Program-made: the position numbers and the translations under genes | Origin: Eubacteriales bacterium | GTDB taxonomy: Bacteria > Bacillota > Clostridia > Oscillospirales > UMGS1783 | NCBI GenBank assembly: GCA_045541395.1 | Contig: JAZQIZ010000001.1 | Coordinates: forward strand, 107,701 to 171,700 | Direction of reading: 5' to 3' | DNA length: 64,000 nucleotides | The notes under the pieces: model-generated | The model's database searches: none | Told to the model about the DNA's origin: nothing | Seen by the model: only the letters and a program-made list of their open reading frames with translations | Part shown: positions 37,692 to 47,260 of the stretch, piece by piece | Position numbering within the stretch: position 1 is the stretch's first letter | Layout: every line of letters begins with the position of its first letter

Positions 37692-40600
37692 ATGGTATAT
37701 AGAGTTTATGTTGAAAAGAAAAAGGAACTTGCTCATGAGGCTTCCGCTCTTAAGAATGATATAGTTTCTTTGTTGCAAATCAAATCCTTAGAAGATATTC
37801 GCGTTATAAATAGATATGACGTTGAAAACATTGAAGAAGAACTGTTTGATTACTGTGTTAAAACTGTATTTTCCGAACCCCAGCTTGATATAGTTTCCAA
37901 GGAGATTACCGGTACGGAAAATGCAAAGATTTTTGCGGTTGAGCCATTACCGGGTCAGTATGACCAGAGAGCAGACTCTGCTGCACAGTGTATTCAGATC
38001 ATCTCACAGGGTGAGAGACCTTTAGTTGGTACAGCAAAGGTTTATGTTCTTTCAGGAAATATTTCCGATTCTGAATTTGAGGAAATTAAGAGATATGTTA
38101 TTAACCCTGTTGAATGCAGAGAAGCTGATCTTGCTGCAAAGGAAACCTTAGCTGTAGATTATGAAATTCCTACTGAGGTTGCAACTGTAGAAGGCTTTAT
38201 AGAGCTTGACAAGGAAGGTCTTGTACAGTTTATCAATGATAACGGTCTTGCAATGGATGCTGATGATATTAAGTTCTGTCAGGATTATTTCAAGGCTGAA
38301 AAGAGAAACCCGACAATTACTGAAATTAAAATGATTGATACCTATTGGTCCGATCATTGCCGTCATACTACATTCTCTACTATTATTGATAACATTACAT
38401 TTGAAGACGATCTTTTGCAGAAAACTTATAACGAGTATATTGCAATAAGAGAAAGCTTAAACAGAACAAAACCTGTTACTCTTATGGATATTGCAACTAT
38501 TTCGGTTAAATATTTAAGAGCAAATGGTTTGCTTGATAAACTTGATGAATCCGAAGAGATCAATGCTTGTACAGTTAAGATGGACGTGGATGTTGACGGT
38601 AAAACCGAAAAATGGTTGTTGCTCTTCAAGAATGAAACCCATAACCATCCCACTGAAATTGAACCCTTTGGCGGCGCTGCAACCTGTGTTGGCGGTGCAA
38701 TTCGTGACCCTCTTTCCGGACGTTCTTACGTTTATGCTGCAATGCGTGTAACAGGTGCCGGGAACCCTCTTAAGCCTGTTAATGAGACTATACCCGGTAA
38801 ACTTCCGCAAAGAAAAATAGTTACAACTGCCGCTGCCGGGTATTCTTCTTACGGTAACCAGATAGGCCTTGCAACAGGTCAGGTAGATGAGCTTTATCAT
38901 GACGGTTATGTTGCTAAAAGAATGGAAATTGGTGCTGTAATTGCTGCAGCACCTGCTGAAAATGTTCGCAGAGAGCGTCCTGAGGACGGAGATATTGTTA
39001 TTCTTTTAGGCGGCAGAACCGGTAGGGACGGTTGCGGTGGCGCAACCGGTTCTTCCAAGTCTCATAATCTTCATTCTCTTGAAAGCTGTGGTGCTGAGGT
39101 TCAGAAGGGTAATGCTCCTGAGGAACGTAAGCTTCAGCGTCTGTTTAGAAATAAAGAGGCTTCTCAGCTTATTAAGCGTTGTAATGACTTTGGCGCAGGC
39201 GGTGTTTCTGTTGCTATCGGCGAATTAGCTGATGGACTTGAAATTAACCTTAACGCTGTTCCCAAAAAATATGATGGTCTTGACGGTACAGAACTTGCTA
39301 TCAGTGAATCTCAGGAAAGAATGGCTGTTGTTGTTGAAAGCAAGGATGTTGCCCGTTTCTGTGAGCTTGCCAAGGAAGAAAACCTTGAAGCTACAGTTGT
39401 TGCCACTGTTAAAGCAGAGCCGCGTCTCGTTATGCATTGGAATGGCAAAAATATTGTTGATATTTCTCGTGAGTTCCTTAATTCCAACGGTGCTCCCAAG
39501 CATATGGATATTACCATTTCTGCTCCTGAGAAATTCGATAAGGAAGTTAAGGGCACATTTACAGATAACTACAAAGAACTTGCACAGGATCTTAACGTTT
39601 GCTCCAAGCGCGGTCTTTCTGAAAGGTTTGACTCAACAATTGGTGCAGGCACAGTTCTTATGCCTTTTGGTGGTAAGAATCAGCTTACTCCTATACAGGC
39701 AATGGCTAATAAGGTTTCTGTTGAAAAGGGTATAACCAATACCTGTTCAGTAATGTCTTGGGGCTATAATCCTTTTATTGCTGAAAAGAGCCCCTTCCAC
39801 AGTGCTTATCTTGCTGTTGTTGAATCTGTTTCAAAACTTATTGCTACCGGTGCCAAATTTGAAGACGTTTATTTAACCTTCCAGGAATACTTTGAAAAGC
39901 CCATGAAGGACGGACGTCGTTGGGGTAAACCCCTCTCTGCTCTTTTAGGCGCATTTAAGGCGCAGCAGGCTCTTAAGATCGGTGCTATCGGCGGTAAGGA
40001 CTCTATGAGCGGCACCTTTGAAGATATTGACGTTCCTCCTACACTTGTTTCATTTGCTGTTACTACAGATAAGGTAGATAATATTGTTTCTCCTGAATTT
40101 AAGAAGCAGGGAAGTAAGGTTGTATTAATTAAGCCTGTATACGGTGAAGATAAACTTCCTGAAACCGAATCCTTGCTTAAAGCATACTACACAGTTAATG
40201 GTCTTGTTGAAAATAAAAAGGCACTCAGCATTTATACTCCTGTATACGGTGGTATTGCTGAAGGTGTTATGAAAATGTGCTTCGGTAACGGCATAGGCTT
40301 CAATTATGCTGATAATATTTCTTTAGAAGAAATGTTCGGCTATAATTACGGTTCATTTATTGTTGAGCTTACAGAAGATATGGAAGTTGGCACAACTTTG
40401 GGTTACACTACAGAAGAACAGACTATAGTATATAAGGAAGAAGCTATTGAACTTGCAGAACTTTTGCAACTTTACGAAGATAAGCTTGAACCTATTTTCT
40501 CTTGTAACATTAAGAGCGTTAAGAAAGATATACCTGCATTTAATTATGAAGCTAATGAATATCCTGTTATTCAAACCAAGGTTGCTTCTCCTAAGGTTCT

Positions 40601-41384
40601 TATTCCCGTATTCCCCGGAACTAACTGTGAATATGATACCGCTAAGGCTTTAAGAAATGCCGGTGCGGATCCGGAGATCTTTGTTATAAACAATCTGTCA
40701 TCTGCAGGAATAACTGAATCTGTTGAAAGCTTTGCTAAGAAGGTTAAGGATTCTCAGATAATCTTTATTCCCGGTGGTTTTTCCGGCGGTGACGAGCCTG
40801 ACGGTTCCGGTAAGTTTATAACTGCATTTTTCCGTAATGGTGCGGTAAAAGAAGCTGTTTCCGATCTTTTGGAAAACAGAGACGGTTTAATGGCAGGTAT
40901 TTGTAACGGATTCCAGGCCCTTATTAAGCTTGGTTTAGTTCCTTATGGTAAGATTATTGATACAGACGAGAACTGTCCCACTCTTACCTTTAACACTATT
41001 TCCCGTCATCAGTCACGTCTTGTTCGTACAAGAATTGCTTCTAATAAATCTCCTTGGCTTATGTATACTAAGCCCGGTGACGTTTATACTGTACCTATTT
41101 CTCACGGCGAAGGTAGATTCTTAGCAGATGAAAAGTTAATTCTTGAACTTGCGAATAATGGTCAGATAGCTACACAGTATGTTGACCTTAACGGTGTTCC
41201 CACAAATGACGTTCGTTTTAATCCCAATGATTCTGCTTTTGCTATTGAAGGTATTACTTCTCCTGATGGCAGAGTATTCGGTAAAATGGGCCATTCTGAA
41301 AGAATCGGTAACGGTCTTTACAAGAACGTTGACGGTGATTATAACATTGGCATGTTTGATGCCGCTGTAAAGTACTTTAAATAA
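37692..41384 (+). CDS. purL: Phosphoribosylformylglycinamidine synthase (single-chain clostridial type)
   Basis: YWSDHCRH, KNETHNHPTEIEPFGGA, DFGAGG, SESQERM; intact glutaminase GICNGFQ and GHSER. Confidence 0.96.
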   Translation: MVYRVYVEKKKELAHEASALKNDIVSLLQIKSLEDIRVINRYDVENIEEELFDYCVKTVFSEPQLDIVSKEITGTENAKIFAVEPLPGQYDQRADSAAQCIQIISQGERPLVGTAKVYVLSGNISDSEFEEIKRYVINPVECREADLAAKETLAVDYEIPTEVATVEGFIELDKEGLVQFINDNGLAMDADDIKFCQDYFKAEKRNPTITEIKMIDTYWSDHCRHTTFSTIIDNITFEDDLLQKTYNEYIAIRESLNRTKPVTLMDIATISVKYLRANGLLDKLDESEEINACTVKMDVDVDGKTEKWLLLFKNETHNHPTEIEPFGGAATCVGGAIRDPLSGRSYVYAAMRVTGAGNPLKPVNETIPGKLPQRKIVTTAAAGYSSYGNQIGLATGQVDELYHDGYVAKRMEIGAVIAAAPAENVRRERPEDGDIVILLGGRTGRDGCGGATGSSKSHNLHSLESCGAEVQKGNAPEERKLQRLFRNKEASQLIKRCNDFGAGGVSVAIGELADGLEINLNAVPKKYDGLDGTELAISESQERMAVVVESKDVARFCELAKEENLEATVVATVKAEPRLVMHWNGKNIVDISREFLNSNGAPKHMDITISAPEKFDKEVKGTFTDNYKELAQDLNVCSKRGLSERFDSTIGAGTVLMPFGGKNQLTPIQAMANKVSVEKGITNTCSVMSWGYNPFIAEKSPFHSAYLAVVESVSKLIATGAKFEDVYLTFQEYFEKPMKDGRRWGKPLSALLGAFKAQQALKIGAIGGKDSMSGTFEDIDVPPTLVSFAVTTDKVDNIVSPEFKKQGSKVVLIKPVYGEDKLPETESLLKAYYTVNGLVENKKALSIYTPVYGGIAEGVMKMCFGNGIGFNYADNISLEEMFGYNYGSFIVELTEDMEVGTTLGYTTEEQTIVYKEEAIELAELLQLYEDKLEPIFSCNIKSVKKDIPAFNYEANEYPVIQTKVASPKVLIPVFPGTNCEYDTAKALRNAGADPEIFVINNLSSAGITESVESFAKKVKDSQIIFIPGGFSGGDEPDGSGKFITAFFRNGAVKEAVSDLLENRDGLMAGICNGFQALIKLGLVPYGKIIDTDENCPTLTFNTISRHQSRLVRTRIASNKSPWLMYTKPGDVYTVPISHGEGRFLADEKLILELANNGQIATQYVDLNGVPTNDVRFNPNDSAFAIEGITSPDGRVFGKMGHSERIGNGLYKNVDGDYNIGMFDAAVKYFK

Positions 41385-41397
41385 GAGGTAGTTATAA

Positions 41398-43065
41398 ATG
41401 ATGACTGATATAGAAATTGCTCAGAGCGCCATAATGCAGCCCATAACCGAAATTGCTAAAACAGCGGGCGTGGACGATAAGTATTTAGAACAGTATGGCA
41501 AATATAAAGCAAAAGTTGATATTTCTTTGCTTAATGAAAGCAGTAAAGAGAATGGCAAGTTAGTTCTTGTTACTGCAATTACCCCTACGCCTGCAGGTGA
41601 GGGTAAAACAACTACTACCATTGGCCTTGCTGATGGTATGAAAAAGCTCGGTAAGAATGTAATAGTTGCTCTTCGCGAACCTTCTTTAGGTCCTGTATTC
41701 GGTGTCAAGGGTGGTGCAGCAGGTGGCGGTTATGCACAGGTTGTTCCTATGGAGGACATTAACCTTCATTTTACCGGTGACTTTCATGCTATAGGTGCAG
41801 CCAATAATCTGCTTGCAGCAATGCTTGATAATCATATCTATCAGGGGAATAAGCTTAATATCGATGTTCGCAGAATTACATGGAAGCGTTGCGTTGATAT
41901 GAATGACCGTCAGCTCAGAGCTATTGTTAACGGCCTTGGTGCAAGAGTAAATGGCATTCCCAGAGAGGACGGTTATGATATTACTGTTGCTTCTGAAATT
42001 ATGGCTGTTTTATGTTTGGCTTCAGATATAACCGATCTGAAGAATCGTCTTGCACGTATTATTGTAGGCTATACCTATGCGGATGAACCTATAACAGCAG
42101 GTGATCTTAATGCACAGGGTGCTATGGCTGCACTTTTAAAGGATGCTATTAAGCCGAATCTCGTGCAGACATTGGAAGGAACTCCCGCATTTGTTCACGG
42201 AGGACCGTTTGCAAATATTGCTCATGGCTGTAACTCTGTTACTGCGACCAAAATGGCGTTAAAGCTTGGTGATTATGCAATTACCGAAGCAGGATTTGGT
42301 GCTGATCTTGGCGCTGAAAAGTTCTTGGATATTAAGTGCCGTTACGCAGGGCTTACTCCTTCTGCAGTTGTTATTGTAGCAACCGTTCGTGCCCTTAAAA
42401 TGCACGGTGGCCTACCTAAAACTGAACTTGGAGAAGAAAATCTTGAAGCTTTAAAGGCTGGTATGCCTAACCTTCTCCGCCATGTTTCAAATATTAAGGA
42501 AGTATATAAACTGCCTTCTGTTGTTGCTGTTAATAAATTCCCAACAGATACTGATGCTGAGGTTCAGCTTATTATTGATGAATGTAAAAAGCTTGGTGTA
42601 AATGTAGTTCTGTCTGACGTTTGGGCCAAGGGCGGCGAAGGCGGTATAGAGCTTGCGCATGAGGTTATTTCACTTTGCGAACAGACTAATGAATTTTCAT
42701 ATGCATATGAGCTTGACCTTCCTATTGAAGAAAAAATACGTGCTATTGTTCAGAGAGTTTATAGAGGTGCTGACGTTGCATTTGCTCCTTCGGCAAAGAA
42801 GCAGATTGCTAAGTTTGCTGCAATGGGATTTGATAATATTCCTGTATGTATGGCAAAAACTCAGTATAGTTTCTCTGATGATGCAACTAAGCTTGGTGCA
42901 CCGGATGGCTTTATTGTAACTGTTAAAACAGTTAAAATCAGTGCAGGCGCTGGATTTATAGTTGCTTTAACTGGTGATATAATGACTATGCCCGGATTAC
43001 CTAAGGTTCCCGCAGCAGAACGTATTGACGTTGATGAAAACGGTGTTATAACCGGTTTATTCTGA
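41398..43065 (+). CDS. fhs: Formate--tetrahydrofolate ligase
   Basis: [52 protein letters not shown]. Confidence 0.98.
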   Translation: MMTDIEIAQSAIMQPITEIAKTAGVDDKYLEQYGKYKAKVDISLLNESSKENGKLVLVTAITPTPAGEGKTTTTIGLADGMKKLGKNVIVALREPSLGPVFGVKGGAAGGGYAQVVPMEDINLHFTGDFHAIGAANNLLAAMLDNHIYQGNKLNIDVRRITWKRCVDMNDRQLRAIVNGLGARVNGIPREDGYDITVASEIMAVLCLASDITDLKNRLARIIVGYTYADEPITAGDLNAQGAMAALLKDAIKPNLVQTLEGTPAFVHGGPFANIAHGCNSVTATKMALKLGDYAITEAGFGADLGAEKFLDIKCRYAGLTPSAVVIVATVRALKMHGGLPKTELGEENLEALKAGMPNLLRHVSNIKEVYKLPSVVAVNKFPTDTDAEVQLIIDECKKLGVNVVLSDVWAKGGEGGIELAHEVISLCEQTNEFSYAYELDLPIEEKIRAIVQRVYRGADVAFAPSAKKQIAKFAAMGFDNIPVCMAKTQYSFSDDATKLGAPDGFIVTVKTVKISAGAGFIVALTGDIMTMPGLPKVPAAERIDVDENGVITGLF

Positions 43066-43070
43066 TAAAA

Positions 43071-43127
43071 AAAACGGAGCAGATATTTCTGCTCCGTTTT
43101 AATATAGCCGCCACAGTTTGTGGCGGC
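43071..43127. terminator. Tandem terminator hairpins between convergent operons
   Basis: aaaacggagcaga-tatt-tctgctccgtttt (43071-100) and gccgccaca-gtt-tgtggcggc (43107-127). Confidence 0.8.
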
Positions 43128-43133
43128 ATTTAT

Positions 43134-43565
43134 TTAATAGTTAATTAATTCTTCCTGCTTCATAAGAGGAATATTTGCTTCCTTTAAAAGAGCGGTAGCC
43201 TTTTCGTTATCATTAACTCTGATAATAACACAGGCTTCGTGGCCGGACTTAAGAACAAAGGCGTAAAGATATTCTACTTCAATACCATTGTTAGCAAGTA
43301 ATTCAAGTAACATTGCAAGACCGCCGGGTTGATCGCTCATTTTTGCGGCAATAACTTCATTTAAAGAATAGATGCAACCGTCTTCCTTTAAAGCTTCTGA
43401 TGCGACTTCATTATCGGTAGCAATAAATCTTAAAATACCGAAATCACTTGTATCGGCAATAGATAGAGCGCGAATACCAACGTTTTTTGCTGATAATAAT
43501 TTAAGAACCTCTGCTAATGTACCTTTCTTGTTTTCGAGGAATACGGAAAACTGCTTAACTGTCAT
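43134..43565 (-). CDS. ACT-domain protein
   Basis: QFSVFLENKKG.L, LSIADTSDFGILR, DQPGGL, EYLYAF: tandem ACT repeats typically found beside paaK. Confidence 0.9.
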   Translation of the reverse strand: MTVKQFSVFLENKKGTLAEVLKLLSAKNVGIRALSIADTSDFGILRFIATDNEVASEALKEDGCIYSLNEVIAAKMSDQPGGLAMLLELLANNGIEVEYLYAFVLKSGHEACVIIRVNDNEKATALLKEANIPLMKQEELINY

Positions 43566-43582
43566 TTTGTTTCATTCCTTTC

Positions 43583-44893
43583 TTAATCGTGAAGTTTACG
43601 TTTATCAATAACACGCTTTGCTTTGCCTTCACTTCTTGTTATTGTTTTAGGAGCAACAAGGTGAATCTTAGGTGAAATACCAAGCATAGTTCTCATAGCA
43701 TCAGCAAGCTTATGCTCCGCAGAGGAGATTTCCTTAACGGTATCGGAGAATGCTTCGGGGGTTAGTTCAACGTTAATATCAAGAGTATCTGTGTTGTTAA
43801 CGCGGTCAACAATAATAAGATAGTTGGGAGTATATCCTTCTTTAAGCAGAACGGTTTCGATCTGAGAGGGGAATACGTTAACGCCACGGATGATCATCAT
43901 ATCGTCACTTCTGCCCATAGGCTTAGACATCTTTACAAGAGTTCTGCCGCAGGAGCATTTCTTTCTGCTGAGAACGCAAATATCTCTTGTGCGATAACGG
44001 AGCAAGGGGAAAGCTTCTTTTGTAATTGCGGTAAATACGAGTTCACCTTTTTCGCCGTCTGGAAGAACTTCTCCGGTTTCGGGATCAATAATTTCAGGAA
44101 TAAAATGGTCTTCATTAACGTGCATGCCGGTTTGTTCGGTACATTCAAATGAAACGCCCGGACCGGAAGTTTCAGTAAGACCGTATATATCATAAGCCTT
44201 AATGCCAAGACTTTTTTCAATATCTCTGCGCATTTCTTCGGTCCAGGGTTCTGCACCAAAAATGCCTGCCTTGAGGCTGTTATCTTCAGGTTTGTAGCCT
44301 GCTTCCTTAAGGGATTCGCCGATATAAGCGGCATAAGAAGGAGTGCAACAAAGAATAGTGGCTTTCAGATCCATCATAAATTGAATTTGTCTCTCTGTAT
44401 TGCCTGAAGACATAGGGAGGGTAAGACAACCAACTTTGTGAGAGCCGCCGTTAAGACCGGGGCCGCCGGTAAACAAGCCGTAGCCGTAGCAAACCTGACA
44501 AACGTCTTCATTTGTACCGCCAACAGCAACAACTGCTCTGGCACAACAGTCTTCCCAAAGGTCAACGTCTTCCTGTGTGTAGAATGCAACTACTCTTCTG
44601 CCGGTAGTACCGGAAGTAGACTGGATCCTAACGCAGTTTTTTATGTCGGTAGCCAGTAAGCCGTAAGGATACTGATCGCGAAGATCGTCTTTTGTAATAA
44701 AGGGCAACTTGTGAAGATCTTCAACGCCTTTGATATCGTCAGGGGTCAGGCCCTTTTCTTCCATCTTGGCGCGATAAAAGGGAACGTTATCCCATACGTG
44801 CTTTACCTGTTTGACAAGACGTTCGCTTTGTAATTTACGCATGTCTTCATAGGCCATTGTTTCAATTTCTTTCTGATAGTAGTTCTGTGCCAT
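43583..44893 (-). CDS. paaK: Phenylacetate--CoA ligase family protein
   Basis: STSGTTG, YGLFTGG, GAEPW, DIYGLTE, RYRTRD, GRSDDM.IIRGVNVFPSQIE, GKAKR. Confidence 0.92.
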   Translation of the reverse strand: MAQNYYQKEIETMAYEDMRKLQSERLVKQVKHVWDNVPFYRAKMEEKGLTPDDIKGVEDLHKLPFITKDDLRDQYPYGLLATDIKNCVRIQSTSGTTGRRVVAFYTQEDVDLWEDCCARAVVAVGGTNEDVCQVCYGYGLFTGGPGLNGGSHKVGCLTLPMSSGNTERQIQFMMDLKATILCCTPSYAAYIGESLKEAGYKPEDNSLKAGIFGAEPWTEEMRRDIEKSLGIKAYDIYGLTETSGPGVSFECTEQTGMHVNEDHFIPEIIDPETGEVLPDGEKGELVFTAITKEAFPLLRYRTRDICVLSRKKCSCGRTLVKMSKPMGRSDDMMIIRGVNVFPSQIETVLLKEGYTPNYLIIVDRVNNTDTLDINVELTPEAFSDTVKEISSAEHKLADAMRTMLGISPKIHLVAPKTITRSEGKAKRVIDKRKLHD

Positions 44894-44927
44894 TTTAAAA
44901 TTTTTTCTCCTTTCGTAAGTAATTATG

Positions 44928-45500
44928 TTAAGAATTATATCCTAGCATAAATGCTTTTGAATTTATTTCTACAAACTTTGTTGCAACAGTTTTAGCCAGA
45001 ACGTCAAGCCATTTCTGAGGTTCTAAACCAAAGTGTTTAGCGAGTTTGCCCATAAGTACAATATTAACGGCTTTACTTGTTCCTGCTTCATTAGCAAGAG
45101 CAAGTGCATCAAAGTCTTCAATATTACAACCTTTATTTTTAAGCTCGTCCAAAATTTCAGTAGGATATTCCTTTGCACCGGTAATAACGGGCATCGGATC
45201 GATTTGCTGTGTGTTGGTAATAATTATACCGCCTTTTTTTAGATATGAAATATATCTTGCTGCTTCTAGTTTTTCAAAGGAAATAATATAGTCTGCTTCG
45301 CCTAAATCAATAATAGGGGAGTAAACCTTTTCACCAAAGCGGACGTAAGTAACAACCGAGCCGCCTCGCTGGCTCATACCGTGTACCTCAGACACCTTAA
45401 CGTCATAACCTTCGTTGGTTAGCAGATTTCCTAAAAGTTTACTTGCAAGAAGAGAGCCCTGTCCACCAACGCCAACTATCATAATATTTTTTGTTTCCAT
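44928..45500 (-). CDS. iorB: Indolepyruvate:ferredoxin oxidoreductase beta subunit
   Basis: GVGGQG, SEVHGMSQRGGSV. Confidence 0.93.
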   Translation of the reverse strand: METKNIMIVGVGGQGSLLASKLLGNLLTNEGYDVKVSEVHGMSQRGGSVVTYVRFGEKVYSPIIDLGEADYIISFEKLEAARYISYLKKGGIIITNTQQIDPMPVITGAKEYPTEILDELKNKGCNIEDFDALALANEAGTSKAVNIVLMGKLAKHFGLEPQKWLDVLAKTVATKFVEINSKAFMLGYNS

Positions 45501-45515
45501 TATTAGGCTCCTTTC

Positions 45516-47243
45516 TTAATGAATTGCATCAAATGAGCACATTTGCTTGCAAACACCGCAACCGATGCATTGAGTATTATCAATTATTGCTTTTTTGTTT
45601 CTGAAACTTATTGCCGGACATCCTATCTTCATGCATTTTTTGCAACCGCGGCATTTATCAATATCAACAACAGAGGCAGGGTTCTTTTTAACGGTTTTAA
45701 GCAGAGCACAAGGTCTTCTGGAGATAATAACAGAAGGTTCTTCTGCTTCAAGTTCTTCTAAAAGTGCATTTTCGCATTGTGCAATATTATAAGGATCAAC
45801 TACCTGAACACGCTTAATGCCTATTGCTTTGCATAAAGCTTCAAGATCTATCTTGCCTGCAGGATTGCCTTTAATATCAAGACCTGTTGTTGGATTCTGC
45901 TGATGTCCGGTCATCCCGGTAATAGAATTATCAAGAATTATTACGGTTGATGCTGACTGATTGTATGCTATATCAACAAGACCGGTAATGCCTGAATGCA
46001 TAAAGGTAGAGTCGCCGATAACTGCAACAGATTTTGTTTCTCCATCCCTGCCACGAGCTTTGTTAAAGCCGTGAAGCCCTGAAACGGAAGCGCCCATACA
46101 TAAAGTAGTATCAATTGCATTCAAGGGCTGCTGTGCACCTAAGGTGTAACAACCTATATCGCCCATAACAGTAATCTTGTGTTTAGAAAGTACATAATAC
46201 ATACCTCTGTGAGGGCAGCCGGCACACATTACGGGAGGTCTTACAGGTATTTCAGTTTCAGAAACAGTAGTTTTGGGGAGTGAAATTCCAAAAGCCTTTG
46301 CAATCGTAGACTGTGAAAGTTCACCTATATTTGAAAATATATTTTTACCTTCAACCTGTAGGTCAAGGGTTTTACAGAAGGTCTCTATAATTCCGTCCAA
46401 CTCTTCAACAACATACAGCTTCTTTACTTTACCGGCAAAGTATTTAATCATCTTAGGGGGAAGTGGGTGTACCATACCGAGTTTTAATACGGGAACAGAA
46501 TTTTTGAAAACCTCTTTAACATACTGGTAAGCTGTACCTGAGGTAATAATACCAAATTCGTTGCTTTCTCCCTCATCGATCCTGTTGTATTCACAGTTTT
46601 CAGCAAATTCAGAAAGCTTTAGCATACGTTCTTCTACAAAAGGATGACGGAATTTGGCATAGCCGGGCATCATTATGTATTTGGATGGAGTCTTCTCATA
46701 GGGTTTGTCTTTAATATCAATTCTGCCTGAAGTTTCAACTATACTTTGTGAGTGAGCTATTCTTGTACATGTTCTCATAAATACTGGAGTATCAAACTTT
46801 TCCGAAAGTTCAAAAGAAGATTTTGCAAATCTTAGGGCTTCATCGGAATCTGCAGGTTCAAGCATAGGAATTTTTGCTGCAATTGCATAGTGTCTTGAAT
46901 CCTGCTCGTTTTGAGAAGAATGCATAGCAGGGTCATCAGCAACACAAATAACAAGACCGGCATTTACTCCTGTATAAGAAAGAGTGAATATAGGGTCAGC
47001 AGCAACGTTAAGACCAACGTGCTTCATACAGCAAACAGAACGTTTTCCGCCAAGCGCTGCACCAAATGCAACTTCTGCAGCAACTTTTTCATTGGGAGCC
47101 CATTCACTGTATATATCATCATATTTTGCAAGGAATTCTGTTATTTCAGTGGAAGGAGTGCCGGGGTAACTGGATACTACTCCTATTCCGCCTTCATAAA
47201 AGCCTCTGGCAAGTGCTTCGTTGCCAATCATAAGTTTTTTCAT
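45516..47243 (-). CDS. iorA: Indolepyruvate:ferredoxin oxidoreductase alpha subunit
   Basis: YPGTPSTE, NEKVA, MKHVGLNVAAD, CAGCPH, GDIGCY, GDST, MTGHQ, two C-terminal 4Fe-4S motifs. Confidence 0.95.
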   Translation of the reverse strand: MKKLMIGNEALARGFYEGGIGVVSSYPGTPSTEITEFLAKYDDIYSEWAPNEKVAAEVAFGAALGGKRSVCCMKHVGLNVAADPIFTLSYTGVNAGLVICVADDPAMHSSQNEQDSRHYAIAAKIPMLEPADSDEALRFAKSSFELSEKFDTPVFMRTCTRIAHSQSIVETSGRIDIKDKPYEKTPSKYIMMPGYAKFRHPFVEERMLKLSEFAENCEYNRIDEGESNEFGIITSGTAYQYVKEVFKNSVPVLKLGMVHPLPPKMIKYFAGKVKKLYVVEELDGIIETFCKTLDLQVEGKNIFSNIGELSQSTIAKAFGISLPKTTVSETEIPVRPPVMCAGCPHRGMYYVLSKHKITVMGDIGCYTLGAQQPLNAIDTTLCMGASVSGLHGFNKARGRDGETKSVAVIGDSTFMHSGITGLVDIAYNQSASTVIILDNSITGMTGHQQNPTTGLDIKGNPAGKIDLEALCKAIGIKRVQVVDPYNIAQCENALLEELEAEEPSVIISRRPCALLKTVKKNPASVVDIDKCRGCKKCMKIGCPAISFRNKKAIIDNTQCIGCGVCKQMCSFDAIH

Positions 47244-47260
47244 ATCTCAATCTTCCTTTT

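Noticed and set aside
39232-39735. 167-aa alternate-frame ORF inside purL
   Set aside because: Leu-rich off-frame product typical of NNT codon bias; purL is intact so no frameshift is needed
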